IMG/VR virus record: IMGVR_UViG_3300042896_000343
Span: 363-64,362 of that record
Source of the DNA: a virus
Lineage: Duplodnaviria; Caudoviricetes
Reading direction: 5' to 3' (one strand)
Length of the DNA stretch: 64,000 nt
The notes beneath the pieces were generated by a model, which saw only the letters and a list, made by a program, of their open reading frames with translations, ran no database searches and was not told the DNA's origin. Shown piece by piece: positions 16,873 through 27,800 of this stretch. Made by a program: the position numbers and the translations under genes. How positions within the stretch are numbered: the first letter of the stretch is position 1; each line of letters starts with the position of its first letter.

Positions 16873-17946
16873 ATGGAATGTAATAATTGTTTTAATGGGT
16901 GTTCTGAAATTATTTCAGATGATTGTGTTAGATACACAGGAATAGATATACCTACTTTAGGAATATCTACAGGAGATACTTTATCTTCTGTTGAATTGTC
17001 TATAACAACATTTTTAATAGCAGCTTTAAATGGTACAGGAATAGTTCCTGTTTTAGATGAATCTATAATTTGTACTTTAGTACAAAATAATCTTCCTGTA
17101 AATGGAGATATAAATATTGTGCATATTGTTTCTGCTTTAATAAAATCTGTTTGTAGTTTACAAGAACAAGTTACAACAAATACTAATAGTTTAACAACTT
17201 TAAATGCTGATTATGTTATACAATGTTTATCTGGAGTTGCTGAAAATTCTGGAACTCATCAAATTTTACAGGCTTCTATTGATAAAATATGTGAAACAGT
17301 AATAAATCTTGAAGCACTTTCTTTAATTGTTTCTACTAACTATGTTCAATTAGCTGATTTAGATTCTTATATAAATTCTTATTTAACAAGCATTGGTGCA
17401 ACTACTTTGATTAGTTCTAAAATGGTTCCTTTTACTGCTATAGAATATTATGGTGATCTTTCACAATTTGATGTTACAGGTGCAGGAATAGGAGATTGGG
17501 TTAAAATATATTTATGTAATGGTAATAATGGTACTCCTGATAAAAGAGGAAGAGTTGCTGTAGGTACTACTAGTGGTATGGGAGGAGGTACATTTGATAC
17601 AGCTGTAGATCCTGCTATTCCTGGTAACCCAGCTTATTCTTTATTAACACCTTCAGGAATTAATTTTGTTACACTTAACTCTACACAAATTCCAGCTCAT
17701 TCACATACAGGAGTTACAGACACCGCAGGAGCACATACACATGTTATTTCAGAAGTCTATAATGAAAATAATTCTGGAACTTTAGTAGGAAGTGGGGGAG
17801 GAGCTATTGAAGCTACAGGAACACAAGTTACTTCTACAGCAGGTGCACATTCTCATGGATTAGTTATTGATTCAACAGGAGGAGGATTATCTCATCCAAA
17901 TGTTCAACCTTCATTAGCTTGTCATTATATAATTTATATTCCTTAA
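16873..17946 (+). CDS. tail fibre protein with tail-collar domain
   Basis: LCNGNNGTPDKRGRVAVG collar motif, VTL...QIPAHSH, AGAHTH/AGAHSH His-x-His repeats, HPNVQPSLACHYII. Confidence 0.8.
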   Translation: MECNNCFNGCSEIISDDCVRYTGIDIPTLGISTGDTLSSVELSITTFLIAALNGTGIVPVLDESIICTLVQNNLPVNGDINIVHIVSALIKSVCSLQEQVTTNTNSLTTLNADYVIQCLSGVAENSGTHQILQASIDKICETVINLEALSLIVSTNYVQLADLDSYINSYLTSIGATTLISSKMVPFTAIEYYGDLSQFDVTGAGIGDWVKIYLCNGNNGTPDKRGRVAVGTTSGMGGGTFDTAVDPAIPGNPAYSLLTPSGINFVTLNSTQIPAHSHTGVTDTAGAHTHVISEVYNENNSGTLVGSGGGAIEATGTQVTSTAGAHSHGLVIDSTGGGLSHPNVQPSLACHYIIYIP

Positions 17947-17950
17947 AAAT

Positions 17951-19930
17951 ATGTATCCATTTATAAATACAACTTGTAATACGTGTAATGATTCTTTACC
18001 ATGCACTTGTCAAAATACTTATAAATATATTTATAAAGATATTTATAAAGATATTTGTAATGATTCTTGTAAAGAACTTTTATTAACAACTAATTTTATA
18101 ACTTATCAAGGGCCTGATCTTAACTATATAGACACAAAAAACTGTGATACTCTATCTGTTGTTTTACAAAAAATTAATGAATCTATTTTTAATAATACAG
18201 TTATTATTACTAATTCAATAATAGTTTCTGCTTTAGGTTATACTCCTGCAAATGATGCTAATGTAGTTCATTTAACAGGAGATGAAACTATTAATGGATT
18301 AAAAATGTTTCAAGGAACAATAGCAAGTGACTCAGCATCAGTTGGAGATGAACTTCTTACAACTGGTTATGGAACAAATTGGTTTGGAACAAATTTTTTA
18401 ACTGGATATACTCACATAGTAGGGGAGTTTGATTCTTTAACTAGCTATTTGTCTGCTGAACCTGGAATTAAATATCAAATAAAATATGAAATGACTAACA
18501 CAGCTGGAGAAGTTTACCTTCAATTTGGTGGTTTTTCAACTACATTATTAGCTACAGGTGCAACATCATGTATTGCAATTAACAACAATACATTAATTTT
18601 AGAAGCTTCTGATGAGTTTGATGGTAGTATATCTATAAGTGTTAAAATGGTAGGAACTTCTAGTGCAACAACAATTTTTTTAACTAGTAATGGTATTGTT
18701 AGTAATGAAATTAGGGCTAGTAATATAATAAGTAATTATTTCAGTGGTATTAATTCTGGAAAAAGTAACACTACTGGATATGATAATACTGCAGTTGGAC
18801 AAAATGCTTTAGTAAATAGTATAACTGGATATGATAATACCGCAATTGGTAGTAACGCTCTTAATAGTAATATATCAGGACTTAATAATACAGCACTTGG
18901 AAAATTCTCATTAAAAAACAATGTATATGGAAATAATAACACAGCAGTTGGGCAAGACTCTTTGCAAAATAATCTAAGTGATAATAACTCAGCTTTTGGG
19001 CAAGGTTCTTTAAATGCAAATACCTTTGGATATGGAAATTCAGCATTTGGACAAGACTCATTAAGTAATAACACAACAGGATCTTCAAATACAGCAATTG
19101 GTTGTAGATCTATGTTATTTAACACAACTGGAGGATATAATACAACAGTTGGAATAGGTTCATTGCAAGCCAATACTATAGGAACTGGAAATTCAGCACT
19201 TGGACAAGGCGCATTAAATAGTAACACAACAGGAGCAGAAAATACAGCTATTGGAAATGTATCTATGTTGAAAAATACGACAGGATCTAAAAATACAACA
19301 ATCGGATCAGGCTCTGGCAAAACTACAGCCGACAAAATTTCTTTTGTTACTATTTTAAATAATAGTACAATGATAGGAAACGATACATCCCCATTTGCAA
19401 ACAACCAAACTAATCAAATAGTAATAGGTTATGATGCAACAGGAGCAGGAAGCAATACAGCAACTTTAGGAAATCCTTATATAACAAAAACAGTATTAAG
19501 GGGAGAAGTCTCAGGTGGGGCTTTTAAAACAAATGGAGGCTTATCTTCACAATATGTAAAAGGGGATGGTTCTTTAAGTTCTACAATACCTGATTCAAGA
19601 CCTTATAAAGTTTATACTGCTTTATTAACTCAAACAGGAACAAGCGCACCTACATCTACTGTTTTAGAGAATACTTTAGGAGATACGCCTACTATATCGT
19701 ATTTAGGGGTAGGTTTATTTAAAGTTTCCTTCACTAGTCTATTAGATTTAGGGAATGCTTCTAAATTATGGTACAGCATTACGCAAAGAAATGATACGCA
19801 TCATGTTTATTTGAACTATGGAGGATCGGTTGGAGCTGGAGGATTTATTGTTTCTTCAAGAAATAACTCTAATGTATATACTAACAGTGTATTAAATAAT
19901 AATCCTATAGAAATAAAGGTATATAATTAA
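17951..19930 (+). CDS. tail fibre/adhesin with 14-aa NTTGxxNTAxG beta-roll repeats
   Basis: More than 12 tandem 14-aa repeats (about 18765-19320); VVHLTGDETINGLK fibre motif; C-terminal YKVYTALLTQTG...IEIKVYN domain. Confidence 0.8.
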   Translation: MYPFINTTCNTCNDSLPCTCQNTYKYIYKDIYKDICNDSCKELLLTTNFITYQGPDLNYIDTKNCDTLSVVLQKINESIFNNTVIITNSIIVSALGYTPANDANVVHLTGDETINGLKMFQGTIASDSASVGDELLTTGYGTNWFGTNFLTGYTHIVGEFDSLTSYLSAEPGIKYQIKYEMTNTAGEVYLQFGGFSTTLLATGATSCIAINNNTLILEASDEFDGSISISVKMVGTSSATTIFLTSNGIVSNEIRASNIISNYFSGINSGKSNTTGYDNTAVGQNALVNSITGYDNTAIGSNALNSNISGLNNTALGKFSLKNNVYGNNNTAVGQDSLQNNLSDNNSAFGQGSLNANTFGYGNSAFGQDSLSNNTTGSSNTAIGCRSMLFNTTGGYNTTVGIGSLQANTIGTGNSALGQGALNSNTTGAENTAIGNVSMLKNTTGSKNTTIGSGSGKTTADKISFVTILNNSTMIGNDTSPFANNQTNQIVIGYDATGAGSNTATLGNPYITKTVLRGEVSGGAFKTNGGLSSQYVKGDGSLSSTIPDSRPYKVYTALLTQTGTSAPTSTVLENTLGDTPTISYLGVGLFKVSFTSLLDLGNASKLWYSITQRNDTHHVYLNYGGSVGAGGFIVSSRNNSNVYTNSVLNNNPIEIKVYN

Positions 19931-19948
19931 TTTTAAATAATAAATAAA

Positions 19949-20728
19949 ATGACAATATTAATAACATTAACAATTGCAGGAGCTGATTCTGGACCATTTG
20001 ATCTTTATTCAGATCTTGATGGGTATATATCTGCTTTTGAAACAGGAATAAGTAAATCTTCTTTATTGTCTGGATATTCATCAGCTTTAGTTCCAAATGG
20101 AACAACTAATGTAAGAGTTAAATCTACAGGAGTATGTGTAAATTATATTGATATTGTATTAACAACTCCAACTACCACTACTACTACAACAACAATATTT
20201 GCATGTAACACTTGGTATTATAATGTTACTAAATACACATGTGCTTGTGTAGAAATAGCAAATCAAACATTAATATCAGCTACACAATTAACTATTGGTA
20301 AGTTTTATTATGTTGATTTTCTTGGGGAGAAAGTACGTGTAAACAGTGTTGATTTTCCTTGTGATGATTCAGGAAATGGAGCAATGGTAAATTTAGGATC
20401 AGAGAGTGCAACATGTGCTGGAGTAATTTGTCCAACCACTACTACTACAACTACTACAATTGCTCCTTCTAGTTTAGAATCTGGAGCATATAGTTCTATT
20501 TCAGAAGCATTACCAATGAACGTATGTTTACTAACTATAGATACAAATTGTTGGATAAACACTTCTAGTCCAGGAGTAATAACTACTGGTGATATTGTTT
20601 ATTCTGATGTTGATGGATTATTTCCAATTGTAGGAGGAAATCAGTTTTACAAAATGTCTTTAGTAAGTGATTATACAGTTTCAATAGATAATGTTGGTAC
20701 TATTACTGTAAATACAATATGTAGTTAA
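19949..20728 (+). CDS. modular Cys-rich virion protein with two poly-Thr linkers
   Basis: Three small beta domains separated by PTTTTTTTT tracts. Confidence 0.7.
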   Translation: MTILITLTIAGADSGPFDLYSDLDGYISAFETGISKSSLLSGYSSALVPNGTTNVRVKSTGVCVNYIDIVLTTPTTTTTTTTIFACNTWYYNVTKYTCACVEIANQTLISATQLTIGKFYYVDFLGEKVRVNSVDFPCDDSGNGAMVNLGSESATCAGVICPTTTTTTTTIAPSSLESGAYSSISEALPMNVCLLTIDTNCWINTSSPGVITTGDIVYSDVDGLFPIVGGNQFYKMSLVSDYTVSIDNVGTITVNTICS

Positions 20729-20760
20729 AAAAAATATAGTTTATTGGTTTTCTATATTTT

Positions 20761-20796
20761 AACTCCTTAAGGACTATTCTTTAAGGAGTTTTTTTT
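20761..20796 (+). terminator. intrinsic terminator
   Basis: AACTCCTTAA...TTAAGGAGTT followed by a T tract. Confidence 0.8.
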
Positions 20797-20838
20797 AATA
20801 TTTTTAATTATAAATACTATTGTAACTAACTAAATATA

Positions 20839-20870
20839 TTTGGTTTATAAAAAAAGTATAATTATCTTTA
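20839..20870 (+). promoter_or_regulatory. sigmaA-like promoter
   Basis: TTTG(20839-20842)-N20-TATCTTTA(20863-20870), 26 nt before the ATG at 20897. Confidence 0.5.
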
Positions 20871-20896
20871 CCACATTTATTAATTAATACTTATAT

Positions 20897-22108
20897 ATGA
20901 GTTCACAAAAAGAATTGCTAGAAAAGTTAAAAAATTTATTACCACATAAAGGCAGTAAAGAATTTTATGCTAAAAGATTAGGAATTACCGAGAATGAAGT
21001 TTCAAAACTTTTATATGAGTTAAGAAATAAAAAATACATTAATAAAGAAAATTTTTCTGCTTCTAGAAAAGTAAACAAAGAAAAAGGAATTATAGAAAGT
21101 ACTATTATTAGTAATTTTGATCCTAAAAATGATATTGAATTAGCAAGGTTACACAAAATAGATCTTGATAAATATGTTATTACGAATTATTGGTCTAAAT
21201 TATTACCTAATGGTAATTTTACATCTTCAATATTTTCAAAAAGAAAACAACCTGAAGATTACTCTCAAGAAGATTTTTCAAAGTTTCTTAAAGATTATAA
21301 ATCTAGCTACAAAATAATTCCTGGGCCTACATTAGATGCTAATAAAAATTTAGTTTGTATGGAATTGTCAATAGCTGATTATCATTTAGCTAAGAAACAT
21401 ATAGATAATGATAATGATCAAAAAGTAAGAGCAGAAAGATATTTTAACATTGCAGATACTCTAACTAATAAAGTTAAATCTGTTTACAATATAAATACAA
21501 TTATTCTTCCTATATCAAATGATTTCTTTCATACTGATAACTATCAAAACCAAACTACAAACGGAACTCCACAAGACACTATAATGGATTACTCTACAGA
21601 GTATGAAGTTGGTTTTGATTTATTAGTTAAGACAATTGAAATGTCTTTAACTAAAGCTGAAACTGTTCATGTTGTTTTAGTACAAGGAAACCATGATAGA
21701 ACTAAATCTTTTTACTTAGCACATGCTTTAGAAGTATATTTTAAAAATGAACCTTCTGTTACATTTGATAGAGAGCATGGAGTTGTTAAAGGATTTACTG
21801 TAGGAGAAACATTTATTGGTTGGCATCATGGTAATTGTAAAATAGATGATCTTCCTTTATTATTTGCTACACATCCTAAATATGCTAAATATTTTGGTGC
21901 AGCTAAATATAGAGAAGTTCATACTGGTGATAAACATCACTATATGGCTAAAGAAATTAAAGGAGTAAGAATACAACAAATGCCTAGTTTGTCTGGTACA
22001 GACCGTTGGCATTTAGATAATAACTTTGTACACTCAATACGTTGTGCAATAGCTCTTGTGTATGATTTAAATGTAGGAAAAATATGTGAATTTGAGTCTA
22101 GAATATAA
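20897..22108 (+). CDS. calcineurin-like metallophosphoesterase with N-terminal HTH
   Basis: Motifs DYH, NDFFH.D, GNHD, HHG and GDKHH; N-terminal YAKRLGITENEVSKLL HTH. Confidence 0.85.
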   Translation: MSSQKELLEKLKNLLPHKGSKEFYAKRLGITENEVSKLLYELRNKKYINKENFSASRKVNKEKGIIESTIISNFDPKNDIELARLHKIDLDKYVITNYWSKLLPNGNFTSSIFSKRKQPEDYSQEDFSKFLKDYKSSYKIIPGPTLDANKNLVCMELSIADYHLAKKHIDNDNDQKVRAERYFNIADTLTNKVKSVYNINTIILPISNDFFHTDNYQNQTTNGTPQDTIMDYSTEYEVGFDLLVKTIEMSLTKAETVHVVLVQGNHDRTKSFYLAHALEVYFKNEPSVTFDREHGVVKGFTVGETFIGWHHGNCKIDDLPLLFATHPKYAKYFGAAKYREVHTGDKHHYMAKEIKGVRIQQMPSLSGTDRWHLDNNFVHSIRCAIALVYDLNVGKICEFESRI

Positions 22109-22111
22109 ATT

Positions 22112-22687
22112 ATGACAAGTAATAAAATCACATTAGAAAGAAGTGTAGAGATAAATGATTCTAAAACTTGTAAAACTTGTAAACAATCTTTACCTATTAC
22201 TGAGTATTATAAAGATCAAAAATCAAAAGATAAACTTTTCTATAGTTGTAAAAAATGTCATAGTATTTATAGAAAAGAAGTCAGAAGAAAAAATCCTAAA
22301 ACAGAAGAGCAATTAAAAATACATAGAGAAAAAAATAATATTTATTATCAAAACAATAAAGAAAGAAAAGCAATTTATTCTAAGATAAGAAGAGAAGAAA
22401 ATACAAAAAGTTATAGAAATACAGCTTATAAATATAAATATGGAATATCCATAGATGAGTATGAAGGACTATTAATAAAACAAGGTAATAGTTGTGATAT
22501 ATGTAAAATATCTCAGAATGATTTAAACTATAATTTAGTAATAGATCATTGTCATACTACTAAATTAATAAGAGGATTATTATGTAGAAATTGTAATTTA
22601 GCATTAGGATATCTTAAAGATAGTATAGAAACTATAAATAACTCAATAAGTTATTTAAATAAACATAAAGAAAATGGCAACAGCTAG
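22112..22687 (+). mobile_element. free-standing homing endonuclease (Endonuclease VII-type HNH with N-terminal Zn finger)
   Basis: CxxC...CxxC finger, then YGISIDEY..LL.KQ...CDIC...IDHCH....RGLLCRNCNLALG; overlaps the start of the next gene. Confidence 0.85.
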
Positions 22688-23402
22688 AAACTTAATTTCA
22701 ACAATAAGATCATCTCATAAATTATTATCTACAGATAGTTTACTAACTGATAGAGGAATTCTTGCAGAAATTAAAATAGCAAGAAATCTTTTAATTAAAA
22801 GAGAGTTAAATTTACGTAAATTGTGGCAGACCGATACACTTTTTACAACAATACCTTGTCTAGAAATGGTTGAGGTTCCAATTTCAGAATGTTGTGATTA
22901 TACAGACCCTTGTACAATAGCAAGAACTAAATTTAAACTTCCTAGAATATCAGAAGGTAATTATCAATATGTAATTCAAGGAGTTTACTCAGTTAATGCA
23001 TTAAGTGGAAAAGGTAAAAAATTAAAAGAAATTAGTGTCAATAGATATATTAATCTTTTACAATTACCTATTATAAAAAAAGAAGATTATTTTTGGATAT
23101 CAAATGATTATTTATATGTAACTAATCCTTTTTTACAAACAATTAGATTTGTAGCTTTTTTTGAAGAAGATATATCAAATGATATTATGTATCCTGAGTG
23201 TGGGTGTGGTAATATAGAATATACAGAAAATGATTATTGTAAAAATCCTTTAGATAAAGAATTTCCTTTACCAGGATACTTAGGTAAACAAGTATTAGAT
23301 TTAACTTCTCAAAAATTATTACAAACATATTTTTCTTTAAAAACTGATATTTCTCAAGAAGGTCTTGATGGTCAATCTCCTAACATATCTAATACACAAT
23401 AA
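22674..23402 (+). CDS. tail ring/adaptor protein
   Basis: 242 aa; crAss-like tail block order (ring, IHF-like, ring, muzzle); PLDKEFPLP motif near the C-terminus. Confidence 0.6.
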   Translation: MATARNLISTIRSSHKLLSTDSLLTDRGILAEIKIARNLLIKRELNLRKLWQTDTLFTTIPCLEMVEVPISECCDYTDPCTIARTKFKLPRISEGNYQYVIQGVYSVNALSGKGKKLKEISVNRYINLLQLPIIKKEDYFWISNDYLYVTNPFLQTIRFVAFFEEDISNDIMYPECGCGNIEYTENDYCKNPLDKEFPLPGYLGKQVLDLTSQKLLQTYFSLKTDISQEGLDGQSPNISNTQ

Positions 23403-23403
23403 T

Positions 23404-23883
23404 ATGTCAAGAGTTGCTGTTGATTGGAGGTCTTCTAGTAAAGATAATTATATTCAGTTTTGTAAAAAATACCCAAATATTGAATTGTCTTATGATTCTT
23501 GGAGAAATATAATTTATTTATACAATGAATCTTTTAAAGAATACATTCTTGAAACAGGAGAAAAAGCTAAACTTCCTTTTGGATTTGGAGAATTTTCTAT
23601 TAATAAAAAGAAAAGAAAAAAAATTAAAACAATAGATGGTAAAGAATATATTAACCTTCCTGTAGATTGGCAAAAAACTAAAGAAAAAGGAAAAGTAATA
23701 TATAATTTTAATTACCATACAGAAGGATATTTTTTTGGTTGGTTATGGTTTAAACCTTCAGCAAGATTTAGACACTCAGATCTTTGGTATTTTAAACCAT
23801 CAAGACTTACATCAAGATTACTATCTCATTATTTAAAAACAAACGATAAATATCAACATCTCTATCATGAGTGGAAAACTTAA
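23404..23883 (+). CDS. IHF/HU-like protein (crAss gene 53-like)
   Basis: KAKLPFGFGEFSINKKK and VDWQKTKE; likely true start is ATG 23404 (MSRV), 1 nt after the upstream stop, rather than 23365. Confidence 0.7.
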   Translation: MSRVAVDWRSSSKDNYIQFCKKYPNIELSYDSWRNIIYLYNESFKEYILETGEKAKLPFGFGEFSINKKKRKKIKTIDGKEYINLPVDWQKTKEKGKVIYNFNYHTEGYFFGWLWFKPSARFRHSDLWYFKPSRLTSRLLSHYLKTNDKYQHLYHEWKT

Positions 23884-23889
23884 AAAACA

Positions 23890-24837
23890 ATGAGTACTTA
23901 TTATAAATATAATTTTGTTTCCCCTGAACCTATTTACTCTATAGTAAAAGAAGAACTTAAAAGTTATTTTGATACTGGAGCTGTAGATGATTTGTTATTT
24001 CCTACATACGTAGATAAAGTTTTAAAAAAATTAGGAAGAACTTCTTATAAAATAGTTACAGAAACTTTATTTATTGAAGATTTTCAAACAAGACTTCCTG
24101 ATAATTTTCATGCTGCAAAAGAAGCTTGGATGTGTACTGAAATAGGGTTAAGACCATATCAAGATGCAAACTCTTTTTATTCACAATCAGAAACTAATAT
24201 AGTACAAGTATCTCCAGTTACTACTAATTGTGTAAATCCTACTTGTACAATTCCAAATTGTTGTGGAGACTTATGTAGTATACATGTTGATCAAATAGTC
24301 TATAAAACAAATAATACTACTCCTAGAAGTTTTAGAAAAGAATATTTACTTAAACCAGGAAACATTTCTGCTAAAAGTAATTGTGATGTAACATATATAG
24401 AAGGTTGGGAATTAAATAGACAAATAGAAACTCCTGGTGCTTCATCTTATGATTCTTTTGATATTAGAGATAACAAATTTGTAACTAATTTTAGAAAAGG
24501 AATTGTCCATTTAGTTATGTATGTTTTTGATTATGATGAAATAGGAAATGAACTTATTCCTGACAACTATCGTATTAAAGAATACATAGAAGCCTTTATT
24601 AAATATAAAGTTTTTGAAATGTTAACTAATCAAACTAATGATGAAACTTTTAATCAGTTACAACAAAAATTAATTTATTATAAACAACTTTCAGATGAAG
24701 CTTACATATTAGCAAATATTGAAATAAAACAACAAGATTCTTGGACTAAACAAAGAAGAATTAAAACTGGTTTAAATAGATTTAATATGTATGGTCTTCC
24801 TAGAAGTAGTAACAATTATAGAAGAAGAAATAATTAA
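23890..24837 (+). CDS. tail tubular/ring protein (P22 gp4-like)
   Basis: 315 aa directly before the muzzle; DEIGNELIPD...EYIEAFIKYK pattern. Confidence 0.65.
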   Translation: MSTYYKYNFVSPEPIYSIVKEELKSYFDTGAVDDLLFPTYVDKVLKKLGRTSYKIVTETLFIEDFQTRLPDNFHAAKEAWMCTEIGLRPYQDANSFYSQSETNIVQVSPVTTNCVNPTCTIPNCCGDLCSIHVDQIVYKTNNTTPRSFRKEYLLKPGNISAKSNCDVTYIEGWELNRQIETPGASSYDSFDIRDNKFVTNFRKGIVHLVMYVFDYDEIGNELIPDNYRIKEYIEAFIKYKVFEMLTNQTNDETFNQLQQKLIYYKQLSDEAYILANIEIKQQDSWTKQRRIKTGLNRFNMYGLPRSSNNYRRRNN

Positions 24838-24842
24838 TAATT

Positions 24843-27800
24843 ATGGCAGAGCAAGAAGAAGGAAACATTAAACAAAATTATAATAACGCTACTGTAGGAT
24901 TAAATTTAGATCAAAGTTTAAATCAAATTAAAAAAGGAACTTTAACATACGCTTTAAATGCTGCTGTTGAAAACTTTGATGCTAATTCTGTTAATTACCA
25001 AAATGAACCTGGTAATGAATTTTGTGTATCTTTTCCTGAAGGATATGTATTAATTGGAAATTATTTTATTAATGAATTAAATAAACATATTTTTTGGTTA
25101 ACTAATCCTAATGATGGTGGAAACCAAATTGGATATATGGACAATAATGATTGTGTATATAAAGTTTTAGTTAATGCACCTTGTTTAAATTTTGATATTA
25201 ATTTTCCTATTCATAAAGCTGTACATAGAATTACTAATTGTACAACAGAAATATATTGGGCAGATGGAAAAAACTCTAGAAGATATTTAGACATAAATGA
25301 TATTCCTAAAATATTAAATTCTGGAAGTCCATTATGTAGTCCTGTTTATTCTGATGATGTAGATTGTAATCAATTAAATATACAACCTGATTTTGATATT
25401 CCACAATTAAAAGTTAAAGAAATTGTTAGTGGTGGAGATTTAACTGCAGGCACTGTTCAATTTGCTGTACAATATTCAGATGCTTCAGCAAACCCTTATA
25501 CATCTTATTATTCTATAACTAATCCTACTCCTATAGCAGATAATAAATTAACTACAGTTAATTTTAATTATTCTGTTGGTAAATCTGTTAATGTAGAAAT
25601 TTCTAATTTAGATTTGTCTGGACAGTTTCAATATTTTAATTTAGCTGTAATTAAAACAGTTAATAATATTAGTTCTGTTGAGCTTATAGGAACATATTTT
25701 ATAGACAAAGAAATTAAAAATGTTACATACACTGGACAAAATAAAGAAAATATTAGATTAACTATTAATGATATATTTGAAAAATATCCTTACTACGATG
25801 TAGCTAGTGATGTTACTGCTGTACAAGATATTTTAGTTTGGAGTAACTTAACAACTGCTGAAAGAATTAATTATCAACAAATAGTAAATAAAATAACACT
25901 AGGTTGGGAAACACATAGAATTCCTGCAGATGAAAATTATTCTGATGAATTAAATGCTACAAATTTAAGAGGATTTTTAAGAGATGAAGTATATGCATTA
26001 GAAGCTGTTTTTTTATTAACAAAAGGAAGACAAACTGATAAATTTCATGTACCAGGAAGAGCAAAAAATTCAAATGAAAATTTACAACCAGATGTCTTAA
26101 ATACTAATCCTGATTTTATTGGAAATGGTATTACAGCTCCTTATTGGAAAATATATAATACTGCTAGTGTTACGGGATATTCTCCTGAATATTCTGGTGC
26201 ATTAAATTATAAAGGGCCTTATCAATATGGAGAATTTGCTTACTGGGAGTCTTTAGAGGAATATCCTTGTACAGAAAATATGTGGGGAGAATTAGCTGGC
26301 CAAAAAATTAGACATCATAAATTTCCAGATGTTTTAGTTTCTCCTATACAAGAGTCTAGATTATTTACTAGTGAATCTAGTATGGTAATGGGGAATGATG
26401 CTGTATTTCCTATAGGAATAAAAATAGATATTCAACAAATTAAATCTTTAATTGGTTCTTCTAATTTAACAGCAGAACAAAAAAAAGAAATTGTAGGTAT
26501 TAAAATTGTTAGAGGAGATAGAGGAACTAATAAATCTATTATAGGAAAAGGTATATTAAGAAATGTAAATAAATATGAAAGAGAAAATCAAACATTTTAC
26601 TTTCCTAATTATCCTTACAATGATCTTAATCAAGACCCTTTTTTAAATGAAACTAATAATGCTTTTTCTCAAATATGTGAACCATTTATTGTAAATGTTT
26701 TAAAATTTAATTTACCTGTAGAAAATCCTACATATTTAGAAGTACAATATAATGATTGTAATACAAATAAAACTGCATTTCAAAAATTTACTACTTTAGG
26801 AGAACATAAATTATGTTCAATTGGTGTTCCTACTATTCAAGGGTCTGGAGTCAAAAATGAAATGACACAAACTTCTGGAGGACCTGTTCCTAATTCTGGT
26901 ATAGTTGGTTATGTTAGTTATGCTAATTATGATGTGTGGGCTGTAACAAGAGATGGAAACCAAGGATTAAGAGTTGGTTGGGATGATGTTATTGAGGGTA
27001 GTAATTCTGAACAATGGATAGATGGTGTATTTGGAGGATCTCAAAGTAACTTTAGATTATTTACAAAAGTAAATACTGTTCCCGTACAAATAGAAGGACC
27101 TGGGGATTTAGTTAAAACTCTTATATCAGAAGTTAGAGATACAAGTTGTTCAACAGAAAATCCATTAACTCCTATTAAAAATGATCCAGAATTAGCATAT
27201 AGACAAGTTTTTAATTCACCAGAAACGTCTTTTGGTCAACCTTTCTTAGGAGATATTTTAAAATTAGAAAGTGTAATATTTGGTAAAGGAAGTGCTCATT
27301 TTGTAGAGGTAAAAAAGAATGCTAAATATAAATTATTAACAGAAGAAGCACAAAGAGATGCATTATTAAGTTCTGAAAAGTTAGGTAATTACACTACAGT
27401 GTTTGATGCTACAGCTATGTTTACTGCATATCAAGCTTATTTAACTATTTATATTAATGGTATAACTAGAAAAAATTATGCTTATTTATTTAACTCAATA
27501 GCAGATTATAATTATTCTGTAGGAGTTCCTAATGATCTTGGAGTAAAACAAAGAAATTTAGATATTTCTAGATATTTAATTCCTGGTGTACAGTCTGTTG
27601 GAGAAAATAATATTAATATAAATAATTATAATAGAGAATCTTCTGTTTATTTAAGAACAGATCTTGATAAACCATCTTTGCCTTTTCCTAATCAAAGTCC
27701 TAATATGTTATTAGGAAGTACTAGTATAGTTACTGATAAGTCTAGATTTATAATTTCAGAAAAAGGAAATTGTAATAACCCTGCAAAGGAAGAAGATATT

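Noticed and set aside
18020-18055. Threefold 12-bp tandem repeat TATAAA(T/G)ATATT (YKYIYKDIYKDI)
   Set aside because: In-frame slippage duplication in AT-rich DNA; it cannot phase-shift the gene and has no spacers.
18736-19404. 222-aa minus-strand ORF
   Set aside because: Antisense shadow of the repetitive NTTG fibre region; no independent start context.
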